From the human T2T-CHM13v2.0 reference genome, Homo sapiens, in the NCBI RefSeq assembly GCF_009914755.1, contig NC_060925.1: a stretch of DNA of 64,000 nucleotides; one strand, 5' to 3'. The notes under the pieces were generated by a model that saw nothing but the letters and a program-made list of their open reading frames with translations, was not told the DNA's origin and did not search any database. This document shows positions 31,553 through 45,080 of this stretch, in pieces (position 1 is the first letter of the stretch; each line of letters starts with the position of its first letter). A program made the position numbers and the translations under genes.

Positions 31553-32566
31553 CTTTGCCATTCCAACTGAACTGGCATTCAACTCTGAGATCCCTTGGTT
31601 GGTCTTGTCTCCACATTCCCATATCCCGAAGTCAGCAGTTTTATATGCAGCTTCAATGTAAAACACAAGGTTCTGTATGAAATTGACTTCATCTAGGCTG
31701 TGGATGATATGGAGTCCTGAGGCAGTCATTTGGGCTAAGAAGAGCAGGTACACAGAGGTAGCATCCAACTGCAGGTGTCCCCATTGATCATCACCCACTA
31801 CAGTGGCACAGGTTTTGGTGTTGTACTTTGCATGGAGGCTATCCTTAGTACTCTGACTATATTTGAAGGATTCTACTTTATCCACCTGTCTGATCATGCA
31901 GTGCAGTAGTCCTCTCATCAGCTTCACTACACTCTGCTCCAATTCATAGGCCTTTGCCTTATCCTCATCCCGGTCTGCATTCTTCCGATAGGCCAGGCCC
32001 AAACCCCACACAGCCAAGATGCTGTACACATTATCTCGGACCCAAGCATCTTTCTGAACATAGCTGGCTGGAAGCAAGCCAGTCACTGGATTCTGATGGC
32101 ACAGGATGGCCTGTTGCACCAGTCGAGCGTAGCCGTCCAGCCGGACCCCGGAGTTACTCCGGCTCTTCATGGCGACATGTTACTAATTGTCCTCTGAGAA
32201 ATAGCCCGGGTGCCACCGGAGCCTTCGGTCCCTAAGGAACAAGTATCCAACGCTGCTCCACCCTCGTGGTGGGACGCCTGAACACCAGGCCCCGCAGAGC
32301 CCTCCCACCGCTCAGGCCTGGCGCCGCGGGTTCCGCGTAGCTCTCCGGACTCCGGCGGCCTCAGGGGCCCACCACGCGCCAGCGCTAGCACTGGCTTCCC
32401 GCGGTCTAGAGCCCCGCCGCAGCGCCCCAGTCGCCGCTCCTGCCCCCTTAGTCCAGTCCGGCCTCCACGTGTGACTCCTGCATCCTCCCCTCAACCCCGG
32501 GAGACCGCCGCGGCCCACAGCCTCCCGCCCGGCCGCCGCCAACAGGTCAACGACCGCTGCGCCGCC
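31514..32566 (-). pseudogene. PHKA1P1: Processed, 3'-truncated copy of phosphorylase kinase alpha-1 (5'UTR and codons 1-206) with an open 218-codon frame
   Basis: Intronless ORF 31514-32170 ([20 protein letters not shown]...[11 protein letters not shown]) nearly identical to the PHKA1 N-terminus; diverges at or just after K206. Confidence 0.95.
32120..32566. promoter_or_regulatory. CpG-rich island derived from the PHKA1 5'UTR
   Basis: GC- and CpG-dense stretch in an AT-rich background; E-box CACGTG near 32466 and GGGCGG (minus strand) near 32525-32530. Confidence 0.7.
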
Positions 32567-32613
32567 TGCTTTTCATTTATCAGACTATTTTCCTTCCTTT
32601 TTGAGTCTGTCGA

Positions 32614-32745
32614 GGCTGGGTGTGGTGGCTCATGCCTGCAATCCCAACGCGTTGGGAGGCTGAGGCAGGAGGATTGCTTGAGGCCAGGAGTTTGAGACCA
32701 GCCTGGGCAACATAGCAAGACCCCCATGTCTACAAAAAATAAATT
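32614..32745 (+). mobile_element. FLAM_C / Alu monomer
   Basis: Single left-arm monomer with short A-rich tail. Confidence 0.85.
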
Positions 32746-35700
32746 AGAAGAGTCTGCTGTCTAAAGAATGTTGCTTACATATCCTTTGTATTAATTGCAG
32801 CTCAGTTCTTAGCAAGGTTTTCTCATTTTATTTCAATAAAGGGTCATAGTTTTATAGAACTTGGTGAAGAAAATGATTATTTTTAATTTTATTCCAACTT
32901 CCATATCATGCTCCTTCTTTAGCATCTATTTTTATCAGAAAGAGTACCATAGACCACCAAAATTTTTTCTTAGTATTTACAGGGTTCTGTAAATTTAGGG
33001 TGCTTTTGAAATAAGAGATATCATCATCTCCTTCTTGCCCAACAGCCAACAAAATATTTAGCATTCTGAGGAATGCCAAAGAAGTACTAAAGAAAGAATA
33101 TTTTCCATTTAGGCAAATCATATCTTGCTCCTGAAGTGTAAAATATTTCCAAAATAATACAGAATATAAGACACCCAATAGACTCTATCTTAGAGACAGG
33201 ATGTGATTGCCTTTATTTTGAAACATGCCTGAAATCTCAGTTTAAAGTATAAACTAAGTTAAAACCTTAGAAATTTCTCCTGAGTAGTGCTCATTTGACA
33301 CACTCTTCCCAGAAGGTTCTGACAGAGAACAGACACTCTAATTTTTAGAACTCTCTGTTCAAACTCCTGTGTTTGGAAGGCCAGATTACCTAGTTAGAAA
33401 CAGTACTTTAGTTTTACTTAACTAAAAACAATGTTATTCTCTATTTTACCACATAAAGGATACATTTTGAAAGATATCTGGCTTCTCAATTTAAACTGAA
33501 ATTTGTAGTATTTTTTTTTTTTAAATTGTGGCTTCAATAAAGGAAAAAAGATCAGTGAATGTTTACAGGACTACCCAGAAGACAGTTGTTTTAATAATTT
33601 CCACAACAGAGTTTACAGAATATAAAATTAGGGTCATATTCAGCTTTTGTTATGAGAAGATGATGTGCTCATGGTTAAGCAAATTTGGTGCATCCCACTG
33701 GGTTATGTGTCATTCAGTGAGATGTGTTCTTAGTCTGGGGCCAGATGGTGGATGCAGAAGTCTTTTGCTAGAATACATCTCTATAGAGGAGGATGTCGCA
33801 TTGGACTTGGTGACCAGGCAGATACTGAATGCAACTCAGTCACGGTATTTAAATCACATTAAGACTGTCTTTTATTTATGGCTCTCCTTGTGATTTTGTC
33901 TGGCTTATGTCTAATTCGCTAGCCTCCATGTGGCAATATGATGTGCTACCAGTTCTGCTTTTTATGTTTACCAAAATGAACTCTGCATCCCTGTCAGAGG
34001 TATAGTTTCCAGAAAAAATTCATTGTTGCATAAACCTATTAAAATAAAGCATAAACTTAATTAAAACAACACCTTATTTTTACATGCTATTTTTCATCAT
34101 CTTCATACTGTTCAAACAAATTTTATTAGTGTAAGTGTGGATACTTTTCTGTTGTAATTATATAATTTTAGAGGTGGAAAAACAAGATCAGGTAGTCTTT
34201 CTAGTGATAAAGAACTAAATCAATTGTGAATTTAGGGTCTTGTACTGGATAAAGCAGGGCAAAACCCAGGCGCAGACATCAAGTTTTGATACCTGGGTTA
34301 GTATTCTTTCCACTACTACTCCCTAGCTTCGCTCTAACAACCACTACACTTAAACATTGCCTTCATCATCATCATTGTCATCATCATCTGACCACGGTAG
34401 GACATATCATTTGTTTCTTTTTTAAATCATGAAAAAAGGTCTTCTATTTGCATAATTTTATTCTTCCTATAGTCAGGGGGAAATTATATTTACTCAGTAA
34501 AGGAAAAAGCCAACTATGGTTTTATGATTTGGGTGTTTCTCAGTGTTGTAATATCAGAGACAGTAGCTGTGTGAAATCTGTGGCAATGACACATAGAGCT
34601 CTTCTCAAAACTGAAGCCTTCTTCCTGCCTTTATCAGTTTTAACGAATGTTTTCTGGAACACCTCCTTCTCCCTCAGCCCTCATCCATAGGAAGCAAAAT
34701 TTGTTTTTCTTTTCCTGGCTGGCACTTCCAGCATATCCACTGTGTTGAGTCTGAAATTGCTTTCATGGAAGTCTCCTTTCTAACACCCCCTAGTGCTAGT
34801 TCTAGAATCTCTGATGTTCTTTTAGAAATTAGATTATCTTTGACCTGTCCAGCTTATCAAATCTCTCATCATGTTCTTGTTCAATTTATCTTTTGTCCTC
34901 ACCCACACCACTGGCATCAACCTGAAGGACCTGTTATAAGATTAACATTTACCTTTTACAGACATAAAAAGCCCTTTCCTGTAGTAGGAGGTGGCATTAT
35001 CCAACACAGGTACAACTGTATTTATCACAGTAAGACCTTGGGTCACAGATTCTTAAATTACAATCTTGGTCTTCATAATCCTTGATAATATTGATTTTCT
35101 TTAAGCTATCAATATGAAAACGCTTTATTTACTAGAATTAGTTAGGCCAAAGCCCCAGGATAGATGTCTAGTAAAAGGAATCAACTCACTTAAAAGCATA
35201 TAGGATTTACAATTCTTAAGTCAAATCTCCCCAACAAAGTTATATATTTTCTTTAGAACCAAACAGATAAATGTTTCAGATATCACTCCTAAAGGACCAG
35301 TGGGGTTTGTTCATTAAGTTTAGGCCAGTTTGACAAAATCACTCAGCTTTATCTTTTTTTAAGAAATAAAACCTGCACAATGGAAAGTAATCACTTGGGA
35401 AATGGTTGGATTTTCATTCCATCATGGTAGTTTTGTAGGTCAATTCTTTTTTTAATTATTATTTTAGTAATTTCATATTAACATCAGTTCCTTTTGTAGA
35501 GACTGGACCTTTCAGTGTAAACTAATAACATTTCAACATTTTTGGGTACTGGAATGTAACTAAGACAAGTGGGGGTTCAGAAAGGTAGAACTGTAATGGG
35601 GTAAGGGGATAACAATATGGCTGAAAAAAACTTGCCTGCTCTTTATAATAGGAATTTTAAACTATCTCTGACAAGAGTTTAACTTTTAAGAATGAACAAC

Positions 35701-36769
35701 AAAAAAATCAAACAAAAACCAATAAATAACAAATACTAACAACTCCTCTCTAGGTATGGTAATAAACTCTACAATTTGACGCAGAAAAGGGTTAAGACAA
35801 TCATAGTAATCCCTTGCCAGTGACTGTTTAGGAAAGGGCATCTCTGCTGTGTCTGCCAATGACAATGTGGGAGAGGTCACCCAACGTTATTCTGATTTTT
35901 CCTTGCTCTTAAAACTTAAAAATTGATTTTGAGGATTTACTGTTTAAAATTTTCTAAATCAATAGTTACAAAACATACATGCTAAATGTTTAACTGAATT
36001 TCTTCCACTCCCAAAGGATAAATATAACAAAGAATATAATATAAGTACAAGAAAGGAGTGACAAATAAATAATGGATTACAGGCAATTATTTAAGAAAGA
36101 AGTTCCCTAGGGATATATCAGATTAAGGTCTATAGAAAACAACTCCAATTGAAGGGTTTTAAAATTATGTCATTGGTAGGGGGTAACCCTTTGATAGAAA
36201 GCACAGGTGCCTGATTAAAAAAACAAATATCTACCACCTATTGCCACCACAGATTCCAAAGTAGCAATTGCAGAAGCAGCAATTCAGACAAAGAAGTCTT
36301 GCTGGTTACCAATCTGATTTAGCTCCAGGATTCTTTCTGGACTAGAGATCAGGGTGAAGAGTCTTCTCTAGAACTTCTTTTCCTGGGACCCCACTCTGGT
36401 TCTTGTTTGGCCTACGATGTGGTAGGGATAGGATGAGGTAGAGCTTATGCTTTTATCGGAGACAGGCAGTGTTGAGCTGAACTTACAGGAGATGTAAGCG
36501 AGAAATGAAAAGCATAAAGAAACCAGAAAGCACTAAGGTTACAAGAGAGAAAGAACACTCAGCCTAGAAGCAATCACTTTTTAACTTTCTGATAACATGA
36601 AAAACTCCACCTTATAACAAACACAATGCCCAACAGCCAGGACCTATTAGCCCTGCTCCTCATAAGGAATGAGAACTGCAGTAGGGTATACTCGCTCTTG
36701 GGAGCTGGAGTGTACTGCTAGCTGCCTGCAGGAGAACTGACATTTAAAACACATTTTGCTTGAGATCCT

Positions 36770-36990
36770 AATAGTAAAGGGCATAGGCTCTGATGCCAGA
36801 CCACCTGGATTTTTAATTTCGCTTACTATTGATCAGTTACTGAGAAAGTTGGTCTTTATGCCTCATTTTTCTCATTGTAAAAATGCTATTTTCTACTTCA
36901 CTGGACTGCTGTGAGAATAAAGATTAATATATGTAAAATATTTAGAATGATGTCTGACACATAGCAAGTGCTCAATAAATATTACCTATA
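36770..36990 (+). mobile_element. MIR
   Basis: GCCTCATTTTTCTCATTGTAAAAATG..ATAGCAAGTGCTCAATAAAT. Confidence 0.8.
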
Positions 36991-37019
36991 ATTATAAATT
37001 TTATCTCTGTATCATAATG

Positions 37020-37930
37020 CTATCTGGTTATCGCAAGAAGTTTTGCTTTAAAAGGAAAAACAGAAATGACTGATAGCTGGAGAAGGCAGGGGTCAAAAAA
37101 AAGGTTTTTTGTTTTAAGATGGAGGAAAGTAAGTGTGGAGAATGGTTTAACTGGGGTTGGGATTTTGCCAAGAGAGCACAGAAAGTGAGACAGACAAGGG
37201 AAGAGTGATTATAAGAGAGTGATCTTGATGACAGACCGACGAATATAATTTGGGTAAGGAACTAAGGGAAAACATGGAGGGGGTGGATGGCAGCTGAGAG
37301 TCAGTGAAAAGGTGGTAACATCAATGGACTGTTAGGCCCTGGTGAGGTTGAAGAATTACTGGAGTCAGGGTTTAAGAGACAGTAAAATCAGAAGGATAAG
37401 AAGTGGTAGTTCAGAGAGTAGGAATATTGAAACTGAGAAAAAATAGGCTGCAGTTTCATGAAGACAGACAAGGTTTAGAGCATCATGATGAGAGTATGAG
37501 GCCAAGAAAGGGTGAAGGCTAAGTTTGTTAGAGACATCCTATGATCTTACATTTCTTACAATGACACAGAGGCCCTACATGACCAGCTCCAAATTACTTC
37601 TCTGACTCTATCTCCCACTTTTCCACTTGTTTCTCTCCAGCCACGGTGGCCTTCTTCCGGTTCCTTCAGAACACCAACCATGCTCCTTTGCACTTATCCT
37701 TCCTAGAGCCCAATACTTTTCCCCAAGACAATTATACTGCTAATTACATCACCTTCTTTGGTAACTTGCTTTAATGGCACTTTCTCTTGGACGATAAAAT
37801 CTCAAGATTTAGAATGGGGTAGTGTTGTAGAGAGTAACCGGGAGCTAAAAATGTTCAAGGCTTTGGTATACTGGGGAATTGTCAGTGGTATAGCCTGGAA
37901 GCATGAGCTTCAAAGCTGAGGATTTTTAAA
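37020..37930. mobile_element. Degenerate L2 fragments
   Basis: Purine-rich L2-minus motifs with a plus-oriented L2 piece at ~37550-37790 (GGCCCTACATGAC..CTCCAGCCAC..GGCCTTCTT). Confidence 0.55.
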
Positions 37931-38150
37931 GAAGACGAAGAAGAGTTTAGAAATAACAATGAAGAATAAATACTATCAGAACTTTCCTCCCTCTCGTATG
38001 AATTAAATTAAATTTACTGTTGTGTCAGCATTACCATTTAGAACCCTTTGGTTTTAGCAGTAACTGCATAAGAAAGTGATTTCCTTTTAAACTGTGTGGG
38101 CCCAACACCACACAGCAGACTGTATACTAATGTTCCCAATCACCAATTCA

Positions 38151-38490
<340 letters not shown>

Positions 38491-41400
38491 GAAGGGAGGG
38501 AGGTAGAAGGGCAAGGACAAGGGCATTTGCCTGCCCTATCAGAAGAGAAAATATGACACTACCAGATGTCTAACAGAAATAGTAGACCTTTAACGTTATA
38601 CATGAGCGAATATAAGTTCCATCTTCCTAGTGAATGGCCCTAAGTCTTCATTGTATTGGCCTCCTAAGTGAGAAGAGGGCCCATGAAGCTATGATCTATG
38701 ATGTACAGACTTAAACATATTATACGAAATATTAGGAGGGTCTGCAAAAACCATGTTCACATGATATCATTCACCTTTGGTAAGTAATGTTTTAGTTCTG
38801 AAATGGTACCATAACAAGTATTCCAAATTAGCAGCTTGGTTACCACCTTAAGCAAAGAGAAATGAATAGCAGTAAACATCACCTTCTAAAAACAAACAAA
38901 AAAAGCAGAATGCAGAATATACAACTTAAATCACAGGGTAAAAAATGTGTTCATTTAAATCACTTTATGTTTTAGGTTAACATATTACAAAAATACTTTT
39001 CCTCCTTGTCTTTTTCTACGTATCTCATAAAAAATACATATCCAGTGGTTGTAGAGAGTAGAAAGACAGCATTGTTGTGATAATCTGAAAGGACTTAAAA
39101 AAGTTAGGCACAGAAAAAAAAATAGAGGATTTGAGGCAGCTGAAAAAGAACACTTTTGAAGCATAACTACCATGCCTTAGACTTGACTTTACAGTGGTTT
39201 AGGGAAATAATGTATCACTCATATTTACATGAACAATTCTTCAATCAATTAAAAAAAGAGACTATACTGCAGGATCCTCTAATCCCTAAAAACTGACATA
39301 AAGAAAAAATTTAAATCTGTAACAGGGTTGGGGGAAAAATAGCATATTTTGGTTAATAAAAAATTGTAATAACTGAAGAAACAGAAGGCAAAAGAAATCT
39401 AATAAAATGAGGAAATTAACCCAAACGATACATGGGAAGATTGCTACAACAGGTGGTAAAGGCTCTGGAGGCTGGGGTTCTCTTAGTTCAGATGTGGCAA
39501 GGCTATGACATTGCTCTACAATACCAAAAACAGAAACAGCCTCCATTTCTAGAAAACTCAATATTTATATGTTGTACTCTTTCCCTACAATCACCAGAAA
39601 CAGGCTGAATTAATATAACGTTTGCAGAAAGGCTAGCAAGGAACCTAAAACATAAGATGAGCAAACAAGCACGAATCACCAAATATGTGAGGAAAACCTA
39701 ACCCCAAGAAAACATTCAATAGAGTAAAGAGACTTAAAAATATATATAATTCCTGAGGGCCAAGAGGAAATCATATCCACAAAACAAAATGGATCCTTAA
39801 GAAGAACAATTAAAGATCTTAGATATAGGAAGTGTTGAGTGCCAATAAACAAACAAACCAAAATATCAAACCCCAAAACAACTCATCAGATAGCTGATGA
39901 GCAGAATGCACAGAGCTTTAAAGTCAACCTGTGATGGAAGACTGAGCTAAGGAATTCTCCCACAGGACAGTGCAATAAAAAACTAAGAGAGACATGGAGG
40001 ATAGATTTATAAGTCCTAATATACACCCAGAAAGAAGTGCCACCAAGGACAGAACAGAAATAATTAAGGGAAACAAGAAATGATAAAAATAAGTATCCCA
40101 GAACTGAAAACAGACATTGGTCCTCAAATTGAGAATGCCTACAAAGTATTGATCAGGATGAAGGAAAAATGACACATCTTGGTGAACTTTCAGAACATTA
40201 AGGATAAAAAGATAATCTTACAACTTTCATGGGGGAGGGTAGGAGATTGACAAAGAAATTAGACCAGATTGGCACCAGACTAACCACAATACTAGATATA
40301 AGACAATGGAACAATCTTCAGAGGCCCAGAGGAAAATCTATTCTACCCCTAGACAAACTGGAAGTACATTTTCAGATGTACAAAGATTCAGAGAGCATAC
40401 CACCCATAAGGTTACAGCCCTTTGTGAAAAAAAGCTCCTTGAGGTTGTATTCTAACTAATCTAAGAGTAAAACATGTATAAAAAACCATGGAAGGTGAAC
40501 TTAAGAATTAAATTACAAAATACTGATTAAAAAATAATACGGAAGTACAACAGGTAAACCCACCGAGACAAAATAGACTGGTGGTTGCCAGTGGTTGGGG
40601 GTAAGGGAAGATGGGGAGCAAGTGCTTCCTATGTACAGGGTTTCTTCTTGGGGTAATGAAAACATTTTGGAACTAGGTAGAGGTGGCTGTTGGACAACAG
40701 TGTGAATGCACTAAATGTCACTAAATTTTTTACTTTAAAATGGTTAATTCTGTTATATCAAGTTTACCACAATCTGCAAAAATGTTCCATAAAAATAGTA
40801 ACTAGTTCAGCTTGGAACTCAAACTGCATATAATTTTCTTTGAGGCAACCACTACACTTCAGTATGCAGCAGAAATGCTTTATGCATTTTTCCCATTTCT
40901 TCACACAGAATATTAAGTAATAAAGGGTCAAGACTTAAAATTAATAAATTAAAAAAATATGGAAGCCAAATTTCAAGTGATCAAAAGGAAAAAAAAAGTT
41001 GCTGAACATGAGGGAAGTAAAGCATACTAAAGTTCTTGTGTTGCTGGAGAAAAAAGATAAAATGCATGGGTGATTTCAATACAGGTTCCCTTTCCTCTAC
41101 TCTTCTCCTAAGCCAGATGGTGACTGGGACTTGTAGTAGCTGGTGTAGATGTGTATGAGGCTTGGCACTCTGCTGGGGTCCTATTAGAGAAAAGAGAACC
41201 AATATGCAACTTTCTTCTTCAAGTGTTGGAAGCTCAGTGTGGAGGACCAGAAGATGCACCTTGGGAGAGACTGAATATCAGGAATATGTAGGCTCCAGGG
41301 AAGAAGGTCAATTCTGGCCCACAAGTAAGTGTACTATGTATTTTTGAAAGAGTAAGTGGACTGAGTCCCCCTTATCTTGAGACCCAGAGATTATCTCCCA

Positions 41401-41743
41401 GAGAGCTCAGGGTGATAAGGGACCAGACACATCCTTCAGGTACTTCAGCAGGAACTGCCACTTCACTATCTACTGCTTGGTGGATTACTAACATGTAGGA
41501 CACCACAACAAACAGGCCAGAATTCAATGAGCTGAAAAACAAAAATAACCCATTTAAGGAGGCCCAGCAATAAGAGGAAAATGAGCAGAGTAATCAGAAT
41601 ACACCTTTAGTAAAACAGAAATACTAGAGAAGATGAAAACATGAATAAAAATAAGAGCATTTAAGGTGATTCACGTGCAGCACATACACATACACGCACA
41701 ACTTCCAAAAGTTTAGTAACATTATTTTTTAAATAGATTTTTA

Positions 41744-42010
<267 letters not shown>

Positions 42011-43387
42011 TTAAAGAATGGATCAAAGAAATCTAACATACAATGGGAGTTCTAGAAGGAGACAAAGGAATAAATGAAAAAAATAAAATTATTCAGCAGG
42101 TAATAGTAGAAAATTTTACCTGAGTTAGAGAAAGACTGAAATCTACTCAGTAAGTCCCAAGCTGTACATTTAGACATGGTTGGTAAAGTTCCTGAACTCT
42201 AAACAGAAGATCTTATAAACATCCAGGCAGAAAGAACAAGTTACTTATAAGGAAAGAGGTTACACTGGCAATGAAAGAGCCAGTCTATCCACCCTGAGAC
42301 AAACAGCATCTATCCACCCTGAGAGAATGGACTGCCTCCAGTGATCCTTTACCTGGCCAATTAATTATTCATCTTTCAGGGCAAAAGAAAAGTAACTAGA
42401 AAAGAGGCCTCAAGATGGAATTAGAGAATAGGAAACACTGGTTACTCATGTAAATTTAAATTTAATTGGGGAGGGATAGATTTCTTAGGATTATGACAAT
42501 AAGGACGCAAAATTTAGAAGAGAAGGGTAGCAAAATCATTCTGAAGTTCTCACTGTGACAGCAGTGAAGGAGGTAAGTATATTCTCAAGAAGGACAGGGA
42601 ACTGTTCTGCCATTATTAGAATATAGTATTAACTCTGCAATCAAATAAATATGGTATTGATTAAGAAAAAGACAAAAAGAATAGTTGAACAGAATAGAGA
42701 TTCCAGATGCAGATCCTAGGTTACACAAGAATTTGATATGTGACAAAGTTGTTTAATTCTGTTAGACAAAGAAAAACTGTTCAGTAAGTGGTGTTGATAT
42801 CCATTTTTGGTATAAGAAATGGACTCCTATATAATACTGTAAAAGCCAAAGTAAATTCCAGATGGGTTAAAAACAATTTTTTAAAAAATATCTAGAAAAC
42901 TACATGTATTATCTAAGAAAAGAGGTATTTCTCTCTGTCCTATATTATTCTATACAAATATATGCATAAAAATTAACCAAAAACTCCTCAATCAATCCAA
43001 TAAAAGTTGGAAAAGGAATCCTTAAGAAAGCACAATACATAGAAACCATAATATGTTAAGAGTAAGTGTAAACATATGCACAAAAATATGAATCGTTGTA
43101 TTTACCTACTCATCTTAACTTGGGTGAAATAATAAGAAAATCTAGCTCTACATCCAAAATAAACTGACATTAGGAAAGAAGGAAAAAAGATATCCCTCCT
43201 TTTTTTTTTGTATTTGAAAAACTGAACAATCTACCAAGTAGATATAATAGCAACGAACCTCTATATACTTAAAAACAAGGTTAAAAAATAAACTGAGGTT
43301 TAGCAGAAACAGATACAAAACAATCACACTGAGATCCTAAACTATCTTTCATAGAATCTGACAAATTATATAGAAAATAGATGAGTA

Positions 43388-43732
<345 letters not shown>

Positions 43733-44640
43733 TCATTTAAATCCAGACTATATATATGATATAAATTATATTTTAAAATATATGTAAATAAACGATATAT
43801 CACGAATATATAAAATTCTATACCAAAAAAAGATTATACATTATTTTCAAACACATTAAACACTACCAACAAGTAATTACAGATCTTAGACCACAGAAAA
43901 AATTTCAACAAATTCCCAAAAGTTCTGTAGAAATTGGTTAAAAAGTAAATCAAAGTTGAAATATAATGTAAAAAGTAAATAACAATAGCTCTAGTATATC
44001 TACACCTGTGGGATATCAAATTGACATGGACAGAAAAACATGTAGCCTTACATGTAATTACTAGAAAACCAGAAAGGTGGGAAATAAAATTTAGGTTGGA
44101 AGGTAGAAGAGTTAATAAATAAAATACCAAGAGTAAGTTCTTGTAAAGACTGAAAAACAAACACCCCAGAAAAAACCTTCAGTAAGTTTAATTAAGGAAA
44201 AAGAGAATAAAACATCAGTAAATGAGGAAATGACAGAGATTAAATAACTTTTAAGAGGATATTATCTAGAAGTTACTCCAAAATTTTGGAAAATCTAGGA
44301 TAAATAGATACTCTTCTAGGAACGTATAACCAAAATTGGCTCAAAAAGAAGAAAAAAACCCTAACAATCTATGATTATAGAAGAAACAGTAAACTTCTCC
44401 AAAATATTGATCTCTCAAAAGGTAACAGGCTCAGATGAGTTTATGGATGAGTACCATCAAATCTTTAAGAAAGCAATATTGTCCATGATATGAAAACCCT
44501 GTCAAAGCATAGACAAATTTAAATTTCCTAACTCATTTTCTTAGGCTAGCCCAACTTAGATTCCAGACAAGTAAGGCAGAAGAAAGGTACAGGCCAATAT
44601 TACTAATAAACATATATGAAAAAAATTCCTCAATGAAATA

Positions 44641-45080
44641 TGGATTGAGTATCCCTTATCTGAAATGCTTAAGAACAGAAGTGTTTCAGATTTTGGATTT
44701 CTTTAGGTTTTGAAATATTTACATATATTAGATTTATGCAAATATTCTATATTAGATATGCAAATATTTCAAAACCCAAAGAAATTATTAGGTTATATAC
44801 ATAATCCTTATATTATTTACATAACATATTGGGGATGTGATCCAAGTATAAACACAACATTCATTTGTTTCATATACACCTTATACACAGTCTGAAGGTA
44901 ATTTTATACAGTATTCTAAATAATTTTGTGCATGAAACAAAGTTTTGACTGTTTTAACTGTGACTTGTCACATGAGGTCAGGTGTGGAATTTTCCATTTG
45001 TGGCATCATGTCAACACTCAAGGGAGTGACTCAAGGATTTTGGAGCATTTTGGATTTTCAGATTAGGGATACTCAACCTG
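44641..45080 (+). mobile_element. Tigger4b-like (MER46 family) DNA transposon
   Basis: TIRs (T)GGATTGAGTATCCCTTATC / GATTAGGGATACTCAACCTG. Confidence 0.88.
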
